A stretch of DNA of 64,000 nt from Gemmatimonadaceae bacterium (lineage in GTDB: Bacteria; Gemmatimonadota; Gemmatimonadetes; Gemmatimonadales; Gemmatimonadaceae): the NCBI GenBank assembly GCA_035718845.1, contig DASTGU010000053.1:48950-112949 (forward strand), read 5' to 3'. The notes beneath the pieces were generated by a model. It was not told the DNA's origin, searched no databases, and worked only from the letters and a program-made list of their open reading frames with translations. Position numbers and translations under genes: made by a program. This document shows positions 46,874 to 56,835 of the stretch, piece after piece (within the stretch, counting starts at the first letter, position 1; every line of letters begins with the position of its first letter).

Positions 46874-47410
46874 ATGCGGTTCTACGGATTCGCGGTAGCA
46901 GTTGGAGCGTTCACACTTAGCGCGTGCGCGGGCGGAGAGAAAAACCCCGCCGATACCACGCATGTCGCCGTTGACACCACCAGCTCGGCGACAACAGCCA
47001 CGACTGGCGGCGCGAGCTCGACGACGACTGGCGCTACTACGGGTGGTACCGCGACGGCGGCCCCGGTTACTGGCACGACTCACACGGTCAACATGATCGG
47101 CGATGCCAAGGGTTATCGCTTCGAGCCGGCCAACGTCACCGTCAAGCAAGGCGATGCCATCAAGTTCGTGGTCGTCAGCGGCGGCCCGCACAACGTGGCG
47201 TTCGACCCGGCAACCATTCCGCCGGATGTTAAGCCCCAGCTCGATGCGAATATGGGCACCGACAAGATGGGTGAGCTCTCCAGCAACATGAAGATGAATC
47301 CGGGCGACGCTGTCACCGTGTCCTTCGGCAAGATCAAGCCCGGTCAGTACCCCTATCACTGCGTTCCACACCTCGCGCTCAACATGAAGGGCGTGATCAC
47401 GGTTCAGTAA
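46874..47410 (+). CDS. Plastocyanin/azurin-family type-1 copper lipoprotein
   Basis: Lipobox LSAC, Thr/Ala/Gly-rich linker, FEP..VTV..GD, GPHNV and YPYHCVPHLALNMKG (His, Cys, His, Met ligands). Confidence 0.92.
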   Translation: MRFYGFAVAVGAFTLSACAGGEKNPADTTHVAVDTTSSATTATTGGASSTTTGATTGGTATAAPVTGTTHTVNMIGDAKGYRFEPANVTVKQGDAIKFVVVSGGPHNVAFDPATIPPDVKPQLDANMGTDKMGELSSNMKMNPGDAVTVSFGKIKPGQYPYHCVPHLALNMKGVITVQ

Positions 47411-47424
47411 TTGCTCGAACCAGG

Positions 47425-47458
47425 AAAAAGGCGGAGCCTTAAGCTCCGCCTTTTTTTT
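47425..47458 (+). terminator. Intrinsic (bidirectional-type) terminator
   Basis: AAAAAGGCGGAGC-CTTAA-GCTCCGCCTTTTTTTT. Confidence 0.9.
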
Positions 47459-47485
47459 GTCCTCTCCAAAGTGAATCTTTGACGG

Positions 47486-49210
47486 ATGAACGTTCATAGC
47501 ATCGCCCGTATGAGTGGGGGATCTGCCTACCTCTGGATGGCGGCACGCGCGCGCAATGCGTTGCGCCGTGTTCTGGTGTTCGGAATTGTTGGCGGCGTCA
47601 CGTTCATAGCTGCGCTGATCGCGTTCGTCGTTGTACCACGAAGTGCCTCCAGAAAGGCACTCGCAGTCGCCTCGCGAATCGAGACCCGTACCGACTCCGC
47701 TCCCACGGTAGCTGCACGCGACCGGTATCTGGCCCAGGCGACCAGCGCCGATTCGATCATGAATGGCGTCCACGCCGCACTTGCACCACAACCGGTCGCG
47801 GTGATCGACACTTTTCCTCCGGCCGTTCGGGCGCAGCGTGATTCACTGAGCGCGGAGCTGGCAACGCTCAATCGACTGATCGATCGTGCTGAGAATGCGC
47901 CACTACCGACTTCCTATCGAGCACTAGCTGCTTCGCCAACTGTTGCCGCTGATCCACGCGTTCGTGCCCTGCTCGATTCTCTCGCCGACGTTGAACGAGA
48001 CCGAAATGCTTTCGGTGCGGTCGGCGGCGTCGATCCCGTCTATTTGTCGCTCACCGCGCGTGCGACTGCGATCGGCCGTGAGATAAAGGCCATCGCCGAT
48101 GCGAAGCGCGGCGAGATGCGTGGAAAGCTGGCCTTGATCCGCCCGACACCAGCGCCGGTAGTGAAGCCCGTGATAAACGTCGATACCAACCAGGTGATCG
48201 CACAGCGCACAGTTGCACAGAGGAACTACGCGACCGCTGTGCGACAGCTGGACCAGATCAGGCAGCAGAATCTGCGCATCGATCGCGAGACGGCGCGCGC
48301 TCGCGAGCTGGCCAACGTGGGCGCACCACCATGGGCGATGCTTGCCGCAGCAGTGGTGCTGGCACTCGCCGTCGGATTTGCCGCGTCATTCGGGACAGAG
48401 CTGAAGCGGCCGCATATCGCCGATCCGCGCGAAGCCGAACAAATCAGCAACGCGCGTGTGCTCACTGTGATCTCGCCGCCGGAGATAGTAGTTGAACGAA
48501 GTCGCAGGCAAGCCGACGTTGAAGCGCCGCCGCTGATCGACGTCGTGTCCGAGAGCTACCGCACGTTGTATCTGCACATCGCGTCCGTCGAAGCGAGCGT
48601 GCCGATTGTCACCATTACCGGCGATGATCCCGGGATTGTCGCGACAGTCGCGGCTAACCTGGCCGCGTCGGCGGCCTATGAAGCGAGAAGCACGCTACTG
48701 GTTGACGTCGATCCAACCACCTGCGCCGTCGCGAGCGTGCTCCGCATTCGCCCGGATCCTGGTCTCGCCGGGATCATCAACGGCGGCGCGACCTGGCCAG
48801 AGGCAATCGTGCCGACAACCATCGGTCGAGACCGGCCGTTGGATGTCTTGCCGAGTGGTACGAGAAGGTCAGGGATGCCAGAGTCGACTGTGGTCGAAGA
48901 GGTTAAGAAGGAGTTGGCGCGTTTGCAGCGGCGATACGATTTCATCATCATCGCAGCGCCAACGAGCTACGTGCAGCGCAGCGCGGCGAGTATCATTCCC
49001 GCGCCAGATGTAATCCTGTGTGCCCGGATTGCGCATACAACCATTGGTGGCCTCAAGTCAGCCGTTGATGGCCTCAGAGCGGCGGACATGCGGATTCACG
49101 GCCTCGTTCTGTGGGACGCTGAGATGCCACAGCTGGAGACGCGCGAGGAAATGCTTGGTTCCTCGAGACAGCCGGAATCGTTCCGGCCAGAGCTGGCGAC
49201 GGCCCAGTAG
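47486..49210 (+). CDS. Wzc/GumC-like membrane protein with a degenerate BY-kinase (P-loop) domain
   Basis: TM-coiled coil-TM, then SESYRTL, ITGDDPG (degenerate Walker A), LLVDVD, PDPGL, LDVLPSG and YDFIIIAAP (Walker B Asp lost). Confidence 0.7.
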   Translation: MNVHSIARMSGGSAYLWMAARARNALRRVLVFGIVGGVTFIAALIAFVVVPRSASRKALAVASRIETRTDSAPTVAARDRYLAQATSADSIMNGVHAALAPQPVAVIDTFPPAVRAQRDSLSAELATLNRLIDRAENAPLPTSYRALAASPTVAADPRVRALLDSLADVERDRNAFGAVGGVDPVYLSLTARATAIGREIKAIADAKRGEMRGKLALIRPTPAPVVKPVINVDTNQVIAQRTVAQRNYATAVRQLDQIRQQNLRIDRETARARELANVGAPPWAMLAAAVVLALAVGFAASFGTELKRPHIADPREAEQISNARVLTVISPPEIVVERSRRQADVEAPPLIDVVSESYRTLYLHIASVEASVPIVTITGDDPGIVATVAANLAASAAYEARSTLLVDVDPTTCAVASVLRIRPDPGLAGIINGGATWPEAIVPTTIGRDRPLDVLPSGTRRSGMPESTVVEEVKKELARLQRRYDFIIIAAPTSYVQRSAASIIPAPDVILCARIAHTTIGGLKSAVDGLRAADMRIHGLVLWDAEMPQLETREEMLGSSRQPESFRPELATAQ

Positions 49211-49214
49211 TCGT

Positions 49215-49706
49215 ATGGCAGAGACAATTCCGGACCTGCGCGGAGTTCCCAAGCCTCGCGCCTATTCCGAGCTGATCGGACACACTGAGGCAATTCTCGA
49301 TGGGGTGGATGACGTCGTAACAGCCATGTCGACCGTCGCGTCGCTGGTGCACCACGCATTTGGCCACTTGTGGACCGGCTTTTATCGAGTCGTCGTGCCG
49401 GGGCAGCTACTTCGTGTCGGGCCATATCAAGGCACACTCGGCTGCATTGATATCGCATTCGGTCAGGGCGTTTGTGGAACCGCAGCTGCCGAAATGCGCA
49501 CGGTAGTCGTCTCTGATGTCGAGAAATTTCCGGGACACATAACCTGCGACTCGCGCTCGAAATCAGAGATCGTGGTACCTGTGCTCCGCAAGAAGGGTGA
49601 TCTGCTGGCGGTCTTCGACGTAGATTCTGAGCGCCTGAATACTTTCGACAATGACGACCAGCAAGGTCTGGAAAGATTGATGTCCTGGTTCGCCGCTACC
49701 GCCTAA
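49215..49706 (+). CDS. msrC: GAF-domain free methionine-(R)-sulfoxide reductase
   Basis: WTGFY, VGPYQG.LGC..I.FGQGVCGTAA, V.DV..FPGHITCD..SKSEIVVP and DVDS. Confidence 0.85.
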   Translation: MAETIPDLRGVPKPRAYSELIGHTEAILDGVDDVVTAMSTVASLVHHAFGHLWTGFYRVVVPGQLLRVGPYQGTLGCIDIAFGQGVCGTAAAEMRTVVVSDVEKFPGHITCDSRSKSEIVVPVLRKKGDLLAVFDVDSERLNTFDNDDQQGLERLMSWFAATA

Positions 49707-50317
49707 TGGCAGTTTCCGGCTATTCCGACGTAATCAATCACGCGCTTGCCTTCGCGGCGAAGCATCACGACCGTCAGGTGAGAAAGGGGACCAAGCTTCC
49801 CTACCTCACGCATCCGGCGAACGTGGCAATAATCCTTACGCGCTATGGCCGGGACACCGATACCGTGGTCTCCGGCATCTTGCACGATGTCATCGAGGAC
49901 TGTGTGCGCGATGGGTATACACGGCAGATGCTCGAGCAAAGAATCGGTGACAAGTTTGGTGCGAACGTGCTCGAGACCGTTCTCGCGGTTACCTATCGCC
50001 GGCACGACGATGATGGTGTCGAGCTATCGGGCGACGAGCGCCGCGCAGATTATCTCGAGCGACTCGCCGACGCCAACGATGAAGCGCGCTGGGTCTGTGC
50101 TGCGGACAAGCTGCACAATGCGTCGTCGATCATTTCCGATTTGCGCCGGACGGTCGACCCTGACAGTGTCTGGAGCCGCTTCAACCTCGGCAAAGTCGGA
50201 ACGGCGCGCTGGTACAGAGACGTATACGAGCGACTGCGCGAGGTAGGTTTTGACGCCCCAATAATGGCAGAGCTTGACGCCGTTTCGGCGGAGCTCACGA
50301 AGCTCGCGACGGACTAG
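49706..50317 (+). CDS. Stand-alone HD-domain hydrolase (Mesh1/small alarmone hydrolase-like)
   Basis: AL.FAA..H..Q.RKG...PYLTHP..VA, LHDVIED and ADKLHNA; overlaps the msrC stop. Confidence 0.85.
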   Translation: MAVSGYSDVINHALAFAAKHHDRQVRKGTKLPYLTHPANVAIILTRYGRDTDTVVSGILHDVIEDCVRDGYTRQMLEQRIGDKFGANVLETVLAVTYRRHDDDGVELSGDERRADYLERLADANDEARWVCAADKLHNASSIISDLRRTVDPDSVWSRFNLGKVGTARWYRDVYERLREVGFDAPIMAELDAVSAELTKLATD

Positions 50318-51603
50318 GTAAGCGCCGCGGTTTTGCTTTCGCCGTAAGTCTTCTCGACGTAATCCTCGAGGATTCTGAGAAACTCCGGCACGATGCCTTC
50401 GCCTTTGAGCGTCACTGACAATTTGCCGTCGATGTAGACGGGGGCTTTGGGCTCCTCGAAAGTGCCCGGCAAGGAGATTCCAATATTTGCATGCTTGGAC
50501 TCCCCTGGCCCGTTCACTACGCAGCCCATGACTGCGACACGCATGTCGACGACGCGCGGATAGCGTTCGCGCCAGACCGGCATCTGCTCGCGCAAATAGG
50601 TCTGGATGTCTTCCGCCATGTGCTGGAAGAAAGTCGATGTCGTGCGGCCGCAGCCGGGGCACGCCGTGACTTGTGGCGTGAAGCTCTGTAACTCGAGCGA
50701 TTGCAGAATCTGTTGAGCAACTCGGACTTCCTCCGTCCGATCACCGCCTGGCCGCGGCGTGAGCGAGACGCGAATGGTGTCGCCAATTCCCTCCATTAGC
50801 AGGATCGACAGCGCCGCGGTGCTGGCGATGATTCCCTTCGAGCCGAGCCCGGCCTCGGTGAGTCCGAGGTGCAGCGGGTAATCACAGCGCGCGGCCAACT
50901 GTCTATAAACAGTGAGAAGATCTTGTACGCCGGATACTTTCGCTGATATCAGAATGCGATCGTGTCCAAGACCCATCTCTTCGGCGATCCCGGCGGAGCG
51001 CAATGCGCTCTGCAGCATGGCTTCGATGTACACTTCTTTCGCGTCGCGGCCCTGGCCCGTGCGGGCGTTTTCGTCCATCAGCTCGGTCAGCAAGTCCTGA
51101 TCGAGTGAGCCCCAGTTGACGCCGATGCGAACTGGCTTCGCGTTGTCGAGCGCGACCTGGATGATGGTGCGGAAGTTTTCATCGCGGCGTTTTCCGCCGA
51201 CGTTGCCCGGGTTGATCCGGTACTTGGCCAGCGCTTTCGCCGTGGCCGGATACTTGGTCAGCAGCAGATGACCGTTGTAATGAAAGTCGCCGATGACCGG
51301 TACGTTGACTCCCATATCGCTCAGGCGGCTGACGATCTCGGGAACGGCGCGTGCTGCCTCGTCGTTGTTGACGGTGACGCGAACCAACTGACTGCCGGCG
51401 CGAGCGAGCTCGGCAACCTGAAGCGCTGTTCCGACCGCGTCGGCGGTATCCGTGTTGGTCATCGACTGCACGACGACAGGATGTCCGGAGCCGACGGGTA
51501 CGTCGCCTACGAATGCAGTTGGCGTTTTTCTGCGCGTAATGCTGGACAACGGTGCTGGTTTGTGGTGAAAATGAAAGCTAATTCGCTGGCTTGAGGGCTG
51601 CAT
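50314..51603 (-). CDS. ispG: 4-hydroxy-3-methylbut-2-enyl diphosphate synthase; start uncertain (TTG 51549 possible)
   Basis: [62 protein letters not shown] and [10 protein letters not shown]. Confidence 0.97.
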   Translation of the reverse strand: MQPSSQRISFHFHHKPAPLSSITRRKTPTAFVGDVPVGSGHPVVVQSMTNTDTADAVGTALQVAELARAGSQLVRVTVNNDEAARAVPEIVSRLSDMGVNVPVIGDFHYNGHLLLTKYPATAKALAKYRINPGNVGGKRRDENFRTIIQVALDNAKPVRIGVNWGSLDQDLLTELMDENARTGQGRDAKEVYIEAMLQSALRSAGIAEEMGLGHDRILISAKVSGVQDLLTVYRQLAARCDYPLHLGLTEAGLGSKGIIASTAALSILLMEGIGDTIRVSLTPRPGGDRTEEVRVAQQILQSLELQSFTPQVTACPGCGRTTSTFFQHMAEDIQTYLREQMPVWRERYPRVVDMRVAVMGCVVNGPGESKHANIGISLPGTFEEPKAPVYIDGKLSVTLKGEGIVPEFLRILEDYVEKTYGESKTAALT

Positions 51604-51647
51604 AAAGCAGCGGTTTACTTCCCTGCTGCGTCAAACCTGGAGACTAG

Positions 51648-52088
51648 ATGGCTGATGATACCCCGCAGACCGCTGAAACGCCGGCCGCAGCCCCGCCGCC
51701 AGCAGCAGCAACGCATCGGAAACGAAATACGGCACTGACCATTTTGCTGGCTGTGCTTCTCATTCCGGCGGTAATAATCGCGCTGTGGATCTGGGTCGCC
51801 TTAGGCTTCACGTATTCGACTGGCGAACGCGCTGGCTACCTGCAGAAAATTTCCAAGAAAGGCTGGATCTGTAAGACGTGGGAAGGCGAGATCGCGATGA
51901 CGCCGTTGCCGGGCGCGACGCCGCAGTACTTCCAATTCACAGTACGCAATGATTCAATAGCGAACGTGCTAGAGCAGAATGCGGGCAAACAAGTGTCCCT
52001 CACGTATGAGGAGCATCGAGGCATACCGAGTAGTTGCTTTGGCGACACCCGGTATTTCGTAACATCGGTGCGTAGGTTGAACCCATGA
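51648..52088 (+). CDS. Conserved hypothetical single-TM protein
   Basis: One TM, then YSTGERAGYLQKISKKGWICKTWEGE...F.F.V...C..D..Y; GGAG SD. Confidence 0.7.
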   Translation: MADDTPQTAETPAAAPPPAAATHRKRNTALTILLAVLLIPAVIIALWIWVALGFTYSTGERAGYLQKISKKGWICKTWEGEIAMTPLPGATPQYFQFTVRNDSIANVLEQNAGKQVSLTYEEHRGIPSSCFGDTRYFVTSVRRLNP

Positions 52089-52268
52089 TATGTCTATTGT
52101 CTGCTCAGCCGGACCTTGCTATTTTGTCCGCCAAGTCAAGCCAGGGCAGGGCGCTACCGTCTTTGTTCGGGCTTCAACCAGCGCGAGGTGTTTGAGACTC
52201 GCGTAACAGATTGTCGAGGGTCGGGCGTCCGTCGCTCCCCAAGACACAATTTTTTTCAGGAGTAGGGA

Positions 52269-52478
52269 ATGCGTACGACCGGCAAAGTGAAGTGGTTTAA
52301 CGACGCGAAGGGATTTGGTTTCATCACACCTGACAACGGGCAGAAGGATTGCTTCGTTCACTACAGCGCAATTTCTGGTAGCGGCTTCAAGTCGCTCGCC
52401 GAGGGCGATGCTGTGGAGTTCGACATTGTCGAAGGTCAGAAGGGTCCCGCTGCCGAGAACGTGACGAAGACCTCATAA
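52269..52478 (+). CDS. cspA: Cold-shock protein (CspA family)
   Basis: [15 protein letters not shown] (RNP1), CFVHYSAI (RNP2) and KGPAAENV; long upstream leader. Confidence 0.95.
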   Translation: MRTTGKVKWFNDAKGFGFITPDNGQKDCFVHYSAISGSGFKSLAEGDAVEFDIVEGQKGPAAENVTKTS

Positions 52479-52509
52479 GTCTGGCGTCTGCTTCACTGGC
52501 ACAATCTGG

Positions 52510-52545
52510 CGGGGCGTCTCAATCGAGGCGCCCCGTTGTTTTTTG
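52510..52545 (+). terminator. Intrinsic terminator after the csp gene
   Basis: CGGGGCGTCTC-AATC-GAGGCGCCCCG followed by TTGTTTTTT. Confidence 0.8.
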
Positions 52546-52911
52546 TGGCGGCCGGCCTCGCCGCGGAAGGGGAGCGATCTCGACCGCGTGTTCCAGTCGT
52601 TCCAGTAGTCCTGTGGTGGCCCTTTGGATGTCCAGCTCGATGGTGATCCCGTCTCGTAACGCGATCCTTCCACCCGACTGAGTCAGTTGAGTTGCAAACT
52701 CGATGGCGTTAGTTAACGGCGTGTGCAGATCGCTCATCAACGCTATGGCAATGGCGAGTATGGTAAGCGACTCGATCGACAATTTGCGTGATACGCCCTG
52801 CCGTGTTTGGCTGACCCCTTGCACGCTACAGTGCGAGAGAGTATTGTCGAGCCACTTGGTTGAGACATGCAGTGCAAGTGCAGCAGTAGCAACGGTATAT
52901 GCGCGAGCCAT
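52519..52911 (-). CDS. Hypothetical protein with HTH-like N-terminus and C-terminal AT-hook-like PRRGRPP
   Basis: YTVATAALALHVSTKWLDN resembles a MerR/excisionase-type HTH; PRRGRPP matches the AT-hook core. Confidence 0.6.
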   Translation of the reverse strand: MARAYTVATAALALHVSTKWLDNTLSHCSVQGVSQTRQGVSRKLSIESLTILAIAIALMSDLHTPLTNAIEFATQLTQSGGRIALRDGITIELDIQRATTGLLERLEHAVEIAPLPRRGRPPQKTTGRLD

Positions 52912-52912
52912 C

Positions 52913-52938
52913 AATTATCCTAATATTCTAGGATAATT
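52913..52938. promoter_or_regulatory. Perfect 10-bp inverted repeat, probable operator
   Basis: AATTATCCTA-ATATTC-TAGGATAATT, between two divergent genes. Confidence 0.65.
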
Positions 52939-52963
52939 ATCTCAACCCTCAACTTCCAGAACC

Positions 52964-53503
52964 ATGCACAGACTCCTCATCGCATTCCTAGCCCTCAGCG
53001 CCATGATTCCCGTAGCGGCGGGCGCTCAGAAGAGCTACGCCATTGGAATTGGCGGGGGTGCTTCGATACCAGTCGGGAAACTGGGCGACATTGAAAAGAC
53101 CGGCTACTCGGCGCTCCTCACCCTCGCGCTCGGCTCGCCGGACTTTCCAATCGGAGTTCGCCTGGACGGGATATATAACAACCTAACTCACGCAACCCCC
53201 GTCACGGGTGCGGCAGCGGGCGATCTGCGAGTTACCGGCGCGCTGTTCAATCTCGTGTATGCATTTCCAGGCACGTACGCGAAACCGTATGTGTTGGCTG
53301 GCGCGGGATGGTATGGCTCGAAAGCCGACACGACCGGCGCCAAAACTCAAAACAACTTGGGCTTCAATGGCGGCCTCGGAATTACCTTCGGATTTGGTCC
53401 GGCCGCTGCTTTCCTCGAAGCGCGCTACCATTCCGTTTCGCGGACCGTCGCGAAGGGCGGTGTCTTTCAGTTCGTGCCGATTACGTTCGGCTTGATGTTC
53501 TAA
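52964..53503 (+). CDS. Small outer-membrane beta-barrel protein (OmpA/OmpW-like barrel)
   Basis: Signal peptide, alternating beta pattern, KPYVLAGAGW, GFNGGLG, FLEARYH and terminal Phe. Confidence 0.8.
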   Translation: MHRLLIAFLALSAMIPVAAGAQKSYAIGIGGGASIPVGKLGDIEKTGYSALLTLALGSPDFPIGVRLDGIYNNLTHATPVTGAAAGDLRVTGALFNLVYAFPGTYAKPYVLAGAGWYGSKADTTGAKTQNNLGFNGGLGITFGFGPAAAFLEARYHSVSRTVAKGGVFQFVPITFGLMF

Positions 53504-54930
53504 ACGGCGCGCAGTACCAGCTCGTTGCCGCGAGCGATTTCCACCTCGGGTCGCAGCGCTTCCCGCGCAGCATGTAGCTGGGCTGCAACTGAAGCAGGAC
53601 CAGTTCCACCAGGCACCTCGCGCCGACCGACGGACATTGTCGGCTCCAGCCAATCAAGAACATCGTCGCCGAACAGGTGGTGAGCTGCTTTGAACGAGGC
53701 AACGGGAAGCGCGTCGAGCTCGCAACCCTCCGCTTCGCTCTGCCGAATCAACGAGCCGATTGCCGCATGCGCCTCTCGAAAAGTCGCGCCTTTCTCGACG
53801 AGATAATCCGCCAGGTCAGTGGCCATCATACTGCTCGATATCGCAGTGCGCATACGCTTCTGATTGAAGCGCGTCTCCTGCAGTGCGCCGGCGACGGCGG
53901 GCAGCACAAGTAGTGCGGTATCAACGGCGTCAAACAGCACGCGTTTGTCGTCCTGAAGATCCTTGTTGTATCCGCTAGGCAATCCCTTGAGCGTCGATAG
54001 CAAAGTGCTGAGATCGCCGATCGCACGCGCACCGGAGCCCCTTGCCAGCTCGAGCGCGTCAGGATTCCGCTTCTGCGGCATCATGCTCGACCCCGTCGTA
54101 AAAGCGTCGCCGAACTGAACGAATCCGTATTCACTCGAGCCATAGATGATGAGATCTTCAGCCATCCGCGAAACGTGGGTCGCAATCATTGCTACGGCGA
54201 ACAGCAGCTCCGCGACGAAATCGCGATCGCCGACAGCATCGATGCTGTTCTGGGAAAGAGAGCTGAATCCAAGACTGCCCTGGAGTAGCACGCGCGAAAC
54301 AGGGAAGGCGCACCCGGCAATCGCGCCGGCGCCGAGCGGCAATACGCCGGCAACGCGGGACGCAGCGACGACTCGAGCGCGATCCCGCTCGAGTGGCCAG
54401 AAGTGCGAGAGCATCCAATGCGCGGCGAGCACGGGTTGCGCCCGCTGCATGTGCGTGTACGCTGGCATCATCGCGTCTTTGAGCGCCGCCGCGTGCTCCA
54501 GCATCACCTGCTGCAGATTGCGCACGGCGTTGTCCAGCTTCGTGCAAGCATCCATCGCCCACAGTCTGGTCGCCGTTGCCACCTGATCGTTGCGACTGCG
54601 TCCGGTGTGCAGCTTGGACGCAACATCGCCGATCTCCTCGTGCAGCATGCGGTCAATCAGCGTGTGCACATCTTCGTCGGAAGCAATTGGCTGCACACCT
54701 GAAGCGAGTTTCTGACCAACCGCGGCGAGGCCGCGCTCGATCTTTTTGCTTTCGTCGAGTGTGAGAACGCCCGCGCCCCAGAGCGCCACTGCCCAGGCCT
54801 GGGACAGGCTTATATCGAATGGCCAAAGACGATAGTCAGTGCCGATCGAGCGGTTGAGAGCCTCGAGTGCCGCGGCTGGCGGGACGGCGAAACGGCCACC
54901 CCACAGCTTGTGTGAAGTGTGATCCGACAT
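53500..54930 (-). CDS. argH: Argininosuccinate lyase
   Basis: LWGGRF, HTGRSRNDQ, YTHMQRAQP, GSSMMPQKRNPD and YNKDLQDDK. Confidence 0.97.
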   Translation of the reverse strand: MSDHTSHKLWGGRFAVPPAAALEALNRSIGTDYRLWPFDISLSQAWAVALWGAGVLTLDESKKIERGLAAVGQKLASGVQPIASDEDVHTLIDRMLHEEIGDVASKLHTGRSRNDQVATATRLWAMDACTKLDNAVRNLQQVMLEHAAALKDAMMPAYTHMQRAQPVLAAHWMLSHFWPLERDRARVVAASRVAGVLPLGAGAIAGCAFPVSRVLLQGSLGFSSLSQNSIDAVGDRDFVAELLFAVAMIATHVSRMAEDLIIYGSSEYGFVQFGDAFTTGSSMMPQKRNPDALELARGSGARAIGDLSTLLSTLKGLPSGYNKDLQDDKRVLFDAVDTALLVLPAVAGALQETRFNQKRMRTAISSSMMATDLADYLVEKGATFREAHAAIGSLIRQSEAEGCELDALPVASFKAAHHLFGDDVLDWLEPTMSVGRREVPGGTGPASVAAQLHAAREALRPEVEIARGNELVLRAV

Positions 54931-54946
54931 AGCGACCTCCTTCAAC

Positions 54947-56215
<1,269 letters not shown>

Positions 56216-56220
56216 GGTCG

Positions 56221-56259
56221 CCTCAATAAGTATTCAGAATCACTGAATATTTAATCGGT
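56221..56259. promoter_or_regulatory. Tandem ARG boxes (ArgR operator) upstream of argG
   Basis: Minus strand ACCGATTAAATATTCAGT-gat-TCTGAATACTTATTGAGG: two 18-bp TGAAT-N4-ATTCA-like boxes with the canonical 3-bp spacer. Confidence 0.8.
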
Positions 56260-56282
56260 CAAGGCGGACCCGTCAATACTGG

Positions 56283-56741
56283 TCAGGGCTCGCCGGCCAG
56301 GCTTTTTAGGCGTCGGTGGACGCGCTCGCGGGCGGCTACCGACCGACAGATGATAAGGATGGTGTCGTCTCCACCAACGGTGCCGAGTATGTCACTCCAA
56401 CCCTCGCCGTCGAGGGCAGCCGCAATGGGCTGGGCGCCGCCGGGCACCGTGCGCAAAACGAGCATCTCACTGACGCCGTCGACGCGCAGAAACAGCTGTG
56501 GCAGCAGGGTATCGAGGGCGGCTCTGCTCTCCTCGATATTTCCGTCCGTGACAGCGTAACGCGCGCCCTCGGGTGTCGGCACCCTGGCGAGGCGCAGCTC
56601 ACGCAGATCGCGGGAAAGAGTTGCCTGCGTTACATCCCAGCCGCGCTGTAGCAGCAGCTTGCGGAGATCTTCCTGGCTGCTGACCGGCCGCGATTCGATG
56701 ATCTCGAGAATGGTGTCGTGTCGTTCGCGTTTGTTGGCCAC
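56283..56741 (-). CDS. argR: Arginine repressor
   Basis: SSQEDL, VTQATLSRDLREL, RTVPGGAQPIA and GTVGGDDTILII. Confidence 0.96.
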   Translation of the reverse strand: MANKRERHDTILEIIESRPVSSQEDLRKLLLQRGWDVTQATLSRDLRELRLARVPTPEGARYAVTDGNIEESRAALDTLLPQLFLRVDGVSEMLVLRTVPGGAQPIAAALDGEGWSDILGTVGGDDTILIICRSVAARERVHRRLKSLAGEP

Positions 56742-56792
56742 GGGATGATTCTACCACTGCCGACACCAATCCGCGAGGCGAAGTCTGAATCA

Positions 56793-56835
56793 TTGACGCC
56801 ACCCCGGTGTAATGTTATGCATTCATTATGCATAA
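56793..56835 (+). promoter_or_regulatory. argC promoter overlapped by an ARG-box-like palindrome
   Basis: TTGACG (56793-56798), 17 bp, TATGCA (56816-56821, weak -10 preceded by TG); palindrome TTATGCAT-TCATT-ATGCATAA (56815-56835) covers the start codon. Confidence 0.55.

Noticed and set aside
52496-52512. Sigma54 promoter-like TGGCAC sequences (here and near 46834)
   Set aside because: The GG-to-GC spacing is wrong, and the first lies downstream of csp at a terminator
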